A stretch of 64,000 bases of DNA from Candidatus Latescibacterota bacterium (GTDB taxonomy: Bacteria; Latescibacterota; UBA2968): NCBI GenBank assembly GCA_965208125.1, contig OZ242320.1:3104001-3168000 (forward strand). The letters are read 5' to 3'. Each line of letters begins with the position of its first letter. Position 1 is the first letter of the stretch. Shown in pieces: positions 9,642-17,039 of this stretch. A program made the position numbers and the translations under genes. The notes under the pieces were generated by a model. The model searched no databases. It worked only from the letters and a program-made list of their open reading frames with translations, and had not been told where the DNA came from.

Positions 9642-10523
9642 TCAATTCTCCAGGAGTAAGGTTCTCATTTTTCGCATACGAGAAGGATGTTTGAGTGCCG
9701 CCAGAGCTTTGTCGCGTATTTGGCGCACGCGCTCTTTGGTCAGGTTGAGGATGTTGCCAATTTGCTCCAGCGTCATTGTTTCACCGCTGTTAATGCCAAA
9801 ATAGAGGCGCAATACGCGGGCATCGCGCGGTGCCAATGTGTTGAGCGCGGTGCGTATTTCCTCTGCCATAGAATTTTCGAGCATGGTCTCTTCAGGGGTT
9901 TCCTGATCGTTGTCTGACAACATTTCCAGCAAGCTGGTATCAGGACCGTCTTCAAGGGGCATGTCGAATGAGACATGCCACCGCGAAGCGCTGAGGAGGT
10001 CTTGCACTTGCTTGGGGTGCAATTCGGCCTGTGCAGCGATTTCTTCGATACGCGGTTCGCGCCCCAGCGATTGTTTGAGTTCTGAGGATATGCGTTCCAA
10101 TTTGCTCAGGTGTTTGATTTTGTTGACGGGCAGTCGCACCATGCGGGCTTTTTCTGCCAATGCAGATAAGATGCCCTGCCGAATCCACCAGACTGCATAC
10201 GTGGTGAATTTGACGCCAACGGTTTCGTCGTAGCGGGTGGCCGCGCGAACAAGACCCATGTTGCCTTCGGCAATGAGGTCTTCCAGGAGCAGGCCGCGTC
10301 CCTGATATTCTTTGGCTATGGTAATGACAAATCGCAAATTGGATTCGATCATTTTATTGAGGCTTTTGCGATCCCCTGCGCGGATGCGCTTGGCCAGATC
10401 AATTTCTTCTTGTGGCGTGAGCAATTCGCTATAGGCGATGTCTTTGAAATAGAGTTCCAGTGCAGAACTACTGCCTCCATTTGCTCTGGTTGAGGTGCTG
10501 GAACTCATGAGTGCGGCAGACAT
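9642..10523 (-). CDS. RNA polymerase sigma70 factor, RpoD/SigA-like lacking region 1.1
   Basis: NLRFVITIAK, DLIAEGNMGL, KFTTYAVWWIRQ, TLEQIG..LTKERVRQI. Confidence 0.92.
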   Translation of the reverse strand: MSAALMSSSTSTRANGGSSSALELYFKDIAYSELLTPQEEIDLAKRIRAGDRKSLNKMIESNLRFVITIAKEYQGRGLLLEDLIAEGNMGLVRAATRYDETVGVKFTTYAVWWIRQGILSALAEKARMVRLPVNKIKHLSKLERISSELKQSLGREPRIEEIAAQAELHPKQVQDLLSASRWHVSFDMPLEDGPDTSLLEMLSDNDQETPEETMLENSMAEEIRTALNTLAPRDARVLRLYFGINSGETMTLEQIGNILNLTKERVRQIRDKALAALKHPSRMRKMRTLLLEN

Positions 10524-11023
10524 GTATTTCCCCCGTGACTGAGAAAACGATTCTCTTAATCAAGTGTCTTGTGTTTCAACTCGTCAAAGGTTCACAATAA
10601 GCACTGCGATACCTTCCGACTCTTGTATGGGAGAGAATCGGTTGTTGCCAGAATATATGGGACATCGATCATGGGGAGACCAATGGCCTGATTATGTGAC
10701 AACCTGGTTTAGGGGAGTGTTACTTTGGGGAGTTGAGTTGATCTGGATGGGGAAACGATCACGGGCCGCAGGGGAGCGGTGTGCTCGACCAAATCATAGT
10801 GTGTGGGGCAAGTATTGAGGGGAAAAATAATACTTGGGCAGACAAGATAGCAGATTCAATTCTGTAATGCAACCCTTTTTCTATGCTCTTCTCCTGATAT
10901 TTTGAGACTCAAGGCCATATTTTTTATTTTTTTAATGAAATACTTATTGGCATATTGAGGGAAAATAATAAATAGAATGTCGTTTGTCAATAAATAACTC
11001 TTGTTTAACAAGTTACAGGCTTG

Positions 11024-11542
11024 CTATTGGCCCTCGGTAGTAGCGGTGCCGTTGAGTCCCCGCTGGGCGAGGTCGCGGTCGAGCAAGAACAAGCCATTGC
11101 CCTCCTGGCCAACCAGCTTGAGCGTGTCGATCAATTCTCTGACAATGGCTTCTTCTTCGACCTGTTCGGCAATAAACCACTGGAGAAAGGTATGGGTGGC
11201 ATGATCGCGTTCGGACAGGGCGAGATCGGCGATGTTGTAGATGCTTTGAGAGACTTTTTGCTCCTGGGCAAGGCTGTCTTCAAATACTTCCAGAGGGCTG
11301 TCCCAACTTTGTTTGGGGGTCTCAATGGCGCTAAAGCGTATATCGGCCTCCCGGTCGTCAAGGAAGTCGTATATTTTCATGCCATGGGTGAGTTCTTCCT
11401 GGGCTTGAACGCGCATCCAATGGGCAAAGCCATTGAGGTTTTGCGAGAGAAAATATGCGGACATTGCCAGATAACTATACGCCGAGTAGTATTCCATATT
11501 GAGTTGCTCATTGAGCGCGGCATTTATGTTTGTGTTGATCAT
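11024..11542 (-). CDS. ftnA: non-heme ferritin (FtnA type)
   Basis: EYYSAYSY, EELTH, QEQKV, WFIAEQVEEE ferroxidase ligands; GGAGG RBS. Confidence 0.92.
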   Translation of the reverse strand: MINTNINAALNEQLNMEYYSAYSYLAMSAYFLSQNLNGFAHWMRVQAQEELTHGMKIYDFLDDREADIRFSAIETPKQSWDSPLEVFEDSLAQEQKVSQSIYNIADLALSERDHATHTFLQWFIAEQVEEEAIVRELIDTLKLVGQEGNGLFLLDRDLAQRGLNGTATTEGQ

Positions 11543-11607
11543 GGTGTCCTCCTGTTGCGAGGGGGAGAAAAAAGCTGTAACAAGGGGGGGATAAGTATAA
11601 AAAAAAT

Positions 11608-11626
11608 ATAGGTTTTGTCAACCTAT
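11608..11626. promoter_or_regulatory. 19-bp palindrome resembling a DtxR/IdeR box, overlapping a -35 (TTGACA) for the left ferritin
   Basis: ATAGGTT-TTGTC-AACCTAT versus DtxR consensus TWAGGTTAGCCTAACCTWA; minus strand has TTGACA-N16-TATACT. Confidence 0.5.
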
Positions 11627-11802
11627 TAAAATAATTGGTTGATTATACGATATTTAGAGTACGACATCTCCAATCGTGTACGGCATTTTTCTATTGATTC
11701 TTTTTGCGAAATTGCGTAAAACTTTAGCAACTTTTAGACGTGGAGCATTTGACTACCCCAGTGTGGCATATGAGCCACCCGACAGGAGGTTTGTTTTTTA
11801 TT

Positions 11803-12282
11803 ATGATTCCCAAAAAGGTCCTCATGGCCTTGAACGAGCAACTCAATTTTGAGTTTCATTCGGCATTTCACTATCTCGCCATGGAGACGTATTTTCACGG
11901 GGTAAATCTACCCGGGTTTGCCCATTATATGCGCGAGCAATACAAGGAAGAACGGCAGCACGCGCTCAAGATCGTGGATTATATCAATGCGCGAAACTGT
12001 CGGGTCCTGCTCAAGCAGATCGCCGAACCACCTTCTGAATGGGCATCACCTCTGGAGGTTTTTGAAGACGCTTACCAGCAAGAGCAGAAATCCAGTGGGA
12101 TGATCAATGACCTGGTCGATCTCTCACTGGATGAGCGCGACCATGCAACGGAGATTTTCTTGAAGTGGTTTATCGAGAAACAGGTAGAAGAGGAAGCCCA
12201 AATCGGGAGTATGGTGCAAAAGTTGAAGCTGGTGGGCGATGATGCTTATGGTCTGTTTTTACTGGATAGAGATATGGGGTGA
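11803..12282 (+). CDS. non-heme ferritin, second paralog
   Basis: EFHSAFHY, EERQH, QEQKS, WFIEKQVEEE; AGGAGG upstream of ATG at 11803. Confidence 0.9.
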   Translation: MIPKKVLMALNEQLNFEFHSAFHYLAMETYFHGVNLPGFAHYMREQYKEERQHALKIVDYINARNCRVLLKQIAEPPSEWASPLEVFEDAYQQEQKSSGMINDLVDLSLDERDHATEIFLKWFIEKQVEEEAQIGSMVQKLKLVGDDAYGLFLLDRDMG

Positions 12283-12301
12283 GAGATAAGGCGATGTACA
12301 C

Positions 12302-12336
12302 AAAAAGTGCCCTCAGTATCTGGGGGCACTTTTTTT
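12302..12336. terminator. bidirectional intrinsic terminator
   Basis: AAAAAGTGCCCTCAG-TAT-CTGGGGGCACTTTTTTT. Confidence 0.8.
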
Positions 12337-13090
12337 ATGTGCGACGACGCTTTCTGGTGCGCCACCATAAGATCAGGCCGGAGATGGACAGGCCGATCAG
12401 GCCCCAGGCGGCGATGTCGTAGAGATAGACAAACCAGTCGGCGAAGAAATAACCGGTGTGAATCTGGTGTATGATCGTGTAGAGGTCGCGTCCGGGTTTT
12501 GCGGATTGGGTGATAGAGGCCCAGGTTTTTCCGCTGTTGGAACTGGTGAGCAGACCGCCTGAGGTCCACAGGTTCAAATTTTGGGTGGAGCCAATGCCAA
12601 TGCGCTGGAGGCGAACGCCTTCGGCAAGGGGCATAAATCCGAGGCCGACTTGTTCCCAGACGATGCCGCCGTCGGTTGAGCGAATGAGGCCCAGGTCTTC
12701 GAGGACGACGTAAATGTGGTCGGGATTGTCGGGTGCATAGGCGATGTCAACGGCGCGTTCTGCAGCGAAGAGCATTGGGACTTCGGTCCAGGTTTTTCCG
12801 CCGTCTTCAGAAGAATAAAGGGCCGAGCGCGTGCCGCGATAGAGATGTTGGGGATCGCGGGGGTCAACGGCAAATGAGAGGGTGCGTTCAGAGGGTGCGC
12901 CGAGGAGGCCGGGGTGATTGAGCAAAAAGCCCGAGACGGCGAGAAGAGATAAAAATATGAGTGCACCGATGCCGATATAGCGATGGAGTTTGCGGGAAAA
13001 GCCGACGCGTTTTGTTTGCGTTTTGGGCTGTTCTTTGTGAAGCGGGATGGTTTTGCTCCGGCGTGTGGAGGCTTCAGGTGTAGCACTCAT
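12335..13090 (-). CDS. PepSY-associated TM helix protein with BNR/Asp-box beta-propeller insert
   Basis: RKLHRYIG..SGFLLNH and IHQIHTG..SGLILW; three S.DGG.TW-type Asp boxes; ATGA overlap with upstream gene. Confidence 0.8.
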   Translation of the reverse strand: MSATPEASTRRSKTIPLHKEQPKTQTKRVGFSRKLHRYIGIGALIFLSLLAVSGFLLNHPGLLGAPSERTLSFAVDPRDPQHLYRGTRSALYSSEDGGKTWTEVPMLFAAERAVDIAYAPDNPDHIYVVLEDLGLIRSTDGGIVWEQVGLGFMPLAEGVRLQRIGIGSTQNLNLWTSGGLLTSSNSGKTWASITQSAKPGRDLYTIIHQIHTGYFFADWFVYLYDIAAWGLIGLSISGLILWWRTRKRRRT

Positions 13091-13683
13091 TGGGATTCTT
13101 TTTCCGAGTAAATGACATTGAGGACGGTGAGAACTCTCTTGACGCCCGCATTTAAGGCGCGTACCGATAAGGTTGCGCCACTGATGCCGATGATGTCGCG
13201 GTTGAGGCGAATGTGATGATCGATGTTTTTGTTCCTGTATTGGGTCAAGAATCGCTGGCGTTTGACCTGGCCGCCTCGCGATTCGCGATAGACCATGATC
13301 CATACACCGCCAACGCTGTGGTCGGGTTTGACTTTGACGATAAAGGTGATGGGTTTGTAGAGGCCAATTTGATTTGTTATGATCGCGTATCCCTGATGTC
13401 GGTCATTTTTTTTTGCCTGAAAAATCGTGAAATCGGGTTCTTCGAGGCGCCACCCCAACCGCCGTTCAATGCGCCGCCGTTCTTGTGGGGTTGGGGTCCA
13501 GACTTCGCTCCAGAGCGTGTCTGCATCTGGGAAGGCTTTTTTTAGAGCTTGTTCTTCTGTGAGGTAAACAGTGATAGCCTCTGGGCCATCGGGACCCTGC
13601 GCGAATCCGAGTCCCGCCAGCAGGCAGACCATGATACAGAGCACGTACTTATTTTTTATCACGGTTTTCTCCAGCCCGCCCAA
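13087..13683 (-). CDS. exported FMN-binding (flavinylated) domain protein
   Basis: signal peptide; YRESRGGQV; DIIGISGATLS [S/T]GA[S/T] flavinylation motif; true start may be a few codons downstream. Confidence 0.8.
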   Translation of the reverse strand: MGGLEKTVIKNKYVLCIMVCLLAGLGFAQGPDGPEAITVYLTEEQALKKAFPDADTLWSEVWTPTPQERRRIERRLGWRLEEPDFTIFQAKKNDRHQGYAIITNQIGLYKPITFIVKVKPDHSVGGVWIMVYRESRGGQVKRQRFLTQYRNKNIDHHIRLNRDIIGISGATLSVRALNAGVKRVLTVLNVIYSEKESQ

Positions 13684-13718
13684 CCTCAGTTAGTCACAAC
13701 TCATCCGATCTCAGCATC

Positions 13719-14837
13719 TCAGAAATACGACGCAATCGAAAAGAAGAGGCGTCCAATGCCGTCGCCTTTGTCGCCATTTGCCGGCGTTTTGTAGGTGGCG
13801 TTGTAGTCCAGCTTGAAAGCCGTGTCTTCAACGGGGCGGAAGTTCAAGCCAAAGGTAATCCCGTATTCCGAGTCGCCGGTTATGGAGGTATCAAAATCGA
13901 CCCAGTCCCAGCGTGCTACGGCTGTGAACACGGATTCTGATAAGAAATGATCGTGCCCAAAATGAAAGTTGGTTTGCGCATAAGCACCGCGCTGATCGCC
14001 ATTAAATCCATCGGCGGTGGCTTGCGCGTATTCGCCCTGAAGTTCAAAGGGTCCCTGTGTAAATAGCGCGTCGGCACCGAAGATGGAGAGGCGATTATTG
14101 TTCGCATCGTCGTATTTGCCCGTGTGGAAAGATGCGCCGAGGTCAATGCCCAGGCGCGGGCTGAAGCCGAACCGTCCGACGAGTGCTTTGTCGTGGTTGT
14201 TGTCCGATTTTTGGCTGCCCCGTCCGCTTCGAATGCGGAGTTTGCCGCCGGAGTTGACTTTTTCGTTGAATCCGTTGACGAGGTAGATTTCATAAGTTGC
14301 TACGGAGAGTTCAGAGGGATAAAAGGTGCCAAAGAAGCCCATTCCCGCTTCTGAGAGGGTGGATGGCATGATCTGACGGTTCACGGTGGGGCGTTCAGTC
14401 AGGTCGTTGAGCGGGCTGTCGTGCAAGAGGTTAAAACGCCCGAGTGGGGAGAGTATGACACCGCCCCGATAGTTGAAGGCTTCTTTAAAGGTGAAGTCCA
14501 TGATGGCGAATTCGAGTTTGATTTCGCCATCGGTGTTGCTGCTACCTTTGACGAGACCACCGTGTTCAAATTCGATTTCGCACGAAACGTGAATTCGGTC
14601 GGTGATTTCCGAAAAGATGAAGGGGATGAAACGGTGCTGGTCAAAGGTGCTGTCTTTTCCTTCTGTCCATTCAAATTCGTGGTCAATATATCCGCCGATA
14701 GCTACATTTCTGCCCATGCGTTTGATATAGGGTTTGTCGTATATGCTGCCGGGCAATTCGGGTCGTTTGTCTTCCTCGGCTATGGTGGGTAGTGCGAGTG
14801 TGAGAGATAAGAACGAAGCGAGCAGTTTGAAGCGCAT
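13719..14837 (-). CDS. outer-membrane porin/beta-barrel
   Basis: signal peptide MRFKLL...; EIEFEH, GRFNLLH, amphipathic strands, C-terminal YF; AGGAGA RBS. Confidence 0.8.
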   Translation of the reverse strand: MRFKLLASFLSLTLALPTIAEEDKRPELPGSIYDKPYIKRMGRNVAIGGYIDHEFEWTEGKDSTFDQHRFIPFIFSEITDRIHVSCEIEFEHGGLVKGSSNTDGEIKLEFAIMDFTFKEAFNYRGGVILSPLGRFNLLHDSPLNDLTERPTVNRQIMPSTLSEAGMGFFGTFYPSELSVATYEIYLVNGFNEKVNSGGKLRIRSGRGSQKSDNNHDKALVGRFGFSPRLGIDLGASFHTGKYDDANNNRLSIFGADALFTQGPFELQGEYAQATADGFNGDQRGAYAQTNFHFGHDHFLSESVFTAVARWDWVDFDTSITGDSEYGITFGLNFRPVEDTAFKLDYNATYKTPANGDKGDGIGRLFFSIASYF

Positions 14838-14877
14838 ACTTTTCTCCTGTGTGAAACACAAGACTATTCAAAGTGGG

Positions 14878-14906
14878 TTGACATGGTGCGTGGAATACCC
14901 TACTTT
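14878..14906 (+). promoter_or_regulatory. sigma70-type promoter embedded in an inverted repeat
   Basis: TTGACA-N17-TACTTT; flanked by TATTCAAAGT(14865)...ACTTTGAATA(14911). Confidence 0.55.
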
Positions 14907-14911
14907 GAATA

Positions 14912-14987
14912 TGAGTTGTGCTTTTGGTGTGACTCAGACCATCTTCCGCCGGGCTGGCAGGCTCTTAAAGCGGGAGGTGGTTTTTTT
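14912..14987 (+). ncRNA. candidate small RNA (two hairpins + U7 terminator), divergent from or antisense to the porin leader
   Basis: TGAGTTGTGC/GTGTGACTCA stem; CCATCTTCCGC/GCGGGAGGTGG stem with inner GGCA tetraloop, then T7. G-U pairs work only on the + strand. Confidence 0.45.
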
Positions 14988-15006
14988 GTTTGGCGGTCTA
15001 TAAAAA

Positions 15007-15024
15007 TGTTTTACTAATAAAACA
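15007..15024. promoter_or_regulatory. 18-bp palindromic operator candidate upstream of the porin operon
   Basis: TGTTTTA-CTAA-TAAAACA, just downstream of a minus-strand TTGACA at 15063-15058. Confidence 0.45.
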
Positions 15025-15202
15025 CTCGCCCAATAAATAAAACAAATGTTGGGTATATGTCAACAAGTTTTTTAATTTTTTTCTTAAATTATGATAAGTC
15101 AGATTAATTTAGCTTTGGCGATCAACTGAAAAGGGTTGAATTTTCAGGGCAAGTACCTATTATAGCGCAGTGTTTTTTCGATCTCAATGCGAGGAGAGTT
15201 AA

Positions 15203-16180
15203 ATGCCTGATAGATTAAAAGTCGCTGTTATTGGCGCGAGTGGCATTGGGCAGCACCACGCGCGATGGCACCATTTGTCGGGGTCTCAGGTGGTGGCATT
15301 TGTGGGTACTTCGGAAGAATCGTGTGCAAAGACTCAGAAGCAATTGCAGGCGTATTTTGGATTTGATGGGCGCGCATATACGGATGTGGCGCAGATGCTG
15401 ACGACTGAACAGCCCGATGTGGTCGATGTATCAAGTCCTTTTTATCTGCATAAAGAGCATGCGATTGTGGCTCTGGAAAGCGGGTGCCATGTGGTGTGTG
15501 AAAAACCCCTGTGTTGGGATGTGGATAGGAGTCTGGACGATATTCTGGCAGATGGACAGGCTGTGGTGCGTGCGGCGGAACAGGTGGGTAGATCGCTGGT
15601 GATGTCTGCACAATATCCCGCGGGGATTTCAATTTATCGCGATTTTTACACGCGTGTGCGGGGGACATGGGATGCGATTGAATCGCTTGAGATGGAGATG
15701 GAGGTGAAGGGGCGCGGGGGACCAAAGGCGCGGGAAGATATCTGGATTGATGTGGCTTCCCATCCGTTGAGTTTGGTTTTGGGATTTTTGCCAGGGGGAG
15801 AAATCGATTGGGCAACGGCTTCGTGTGCGATAGATGAGCGGGAGAATCGCGCGGGTTTTGAGGTGGTTACGCCCGGGGGACGGTGCGATGTGCGGTTTGT
15901 TTTGCGCGATGTCGATGAGGGGGTTCCCGTGCGGCAATTTGGCGTCAATGGCTTTTTGGTGAATTGGGAGGGGTTTGCCGATGATGAGGGTATTTATCGC
16001 GCGCGATTGGTCCATGGAGACGAGGCTGTGGTTTGCGATGATTTTATGCATATTTTAATCGATGAATTTGGCAAGCATGTACGAGGGGAAGGTGGGCGGG
16101 TTGTTGTTTCTGGCGCGGATGCTTTGGTGAATTTGCAGTATCAAATTGCTCTGCTAAAGCAGGCGGATTGGTCTGTATGA
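15203..16180 (+). CDS. Gfo/Idh/MocA family oxidoreductase
   Basis: IGASGIG, VVCEKP; GAGGAG RBS. Confidence 0.85.
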   Translation: MPDRLKVAVIGASGIGQHHARWHHLSGSQVVAFVGTSEESCAKTQKQLQAYFGFDGRAYTDVAQMLTTEQPDVVDVSSPFYLHKEHAIVALESGCHVVCEKPLCWDVDRSLDDILADGQAVVRAAEQVGRSLVMSAQYPAGISIYRDFYTRVRGTWDAIESLEMEMEVKGRGGPKAREDIWIDVASHPLSLVLGFLPGGEIDWATASCAIDERENRAGFEVVTPGGRCDVRFVLRDVDEGVPVRQFGVNGFLVNWEGFADDEGIYRARLVHGDEAVVCDDFMHILIDEFGKHVRGEGGRVVVSGADALVNLQYQIALLKQADWSV

Positions 16181-16926
16181 GTGCGCGAGCAGACATTGGG
16201 GTGGTGATTACCACGCATAATTACGGGCATTATCTCGCCGCGTGTTTGGAATCGGTTTTGTCACAGACGCTTTTGCCCCGTCAGGTGCTGGTGGTTGATG
16301 ATGCGAGTGAAGACAATGCGGCAGATGTTGTCGCATCATTTTCCGGTGTGGCGTATTGCCGCGTGGATTTTCGCAATGGCAACCGCGCCCGGAATTTTGG
16401 TTTTTTGAAGGTTTCGACTTCTTATGTCGCGTTTTTTGATGCTGATAATGTGATGATGCCGAGCTTTTTAGAGGTGCTTTACGGTGCGTTGCAAGAGGTT
16501 CCCCAAGCGGCTTATGCTTATGGCGACCGCATTGTGTTTTCCGATGGCGATTTACAGCAGGGCGAACGCGAGGTGTCTGGTACGTTTGATGTGCGGCGAT
16601 TGCGCGCCGGAAATTATATCGATCTCGCCGCGTTGATTCGAGCTGATAGTTTTCCCGGATTCGATCCGGCTGTGCGCCGATATCAGGATTGGGATTTGTG
16701 GCTGAATATCGCGCTCAAACAGGGGGGGATTGGGCATTATGTGCCCGAGACATTATATTATTATCGGGTGCATGCTCACAGTGTAAGCCAGCGCGAAGAC
16801 CGGGATCGGGCTATGTGGCGTATCCGCAGAAAATATCGTCTCGGATGGGGCGCGCTACCCCTGCTGCGCCATTCTTTCAGGCTCTATCAATTCGCGCGGA
16901 AGACGAAGTCGTTTTGGACGGGGTGA
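16177..16926 (+). CDS. glycosyltransferase family 2
   Basis: VVITTHN, VVDDAS, FFDAD, YQDWDLWL. Confidence 0.9.
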   Translation: MSARADIGVVITTHNYGHYLAACLESVLSQTLLPRQVLVVDDASEDNAADVVASFSGVAYCRVDFRNGNRARNFGFLKVSTSYVAFFDADNVMMPSFLEVLYGALQEVPQAAYAYGDRIVFSDGDLQQGEREVSGTFDVRRLRAGNYIDLAALIRADSFPGFDPAVRRYQDWDLWLNIALKQGGIGHYVPETLYYYRVHAHSVSQREDRDRAMWRIRRKYRLGWGALPLLRHSFRLYQFARKTKSFWTG

Positions 16927-17039
16927 GCGGTTGGGGTGACCTTTGACCGATGTCATCTTGACATGATGCGGTGCAGGCGTTACTTTTTCCGAGTGTGTTC
17001 ATATACTTAATAAGGGCATTAAGAAAAGTGGAGATTGCC

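Noticed and set aside
10524-11020. 84-aa ORF or structured RNA upstream of the sigma factor
   Set aside because: No RBS or motif and no convincing structure; treated as a regulatory intergenic region.
14838-15000. Known riboswitch (NiCo, cobalamin, yybP) in the porin leader
   Set aside because: No consensus elements recognised; stems need G-U pairs that exist only on the opposite strand.
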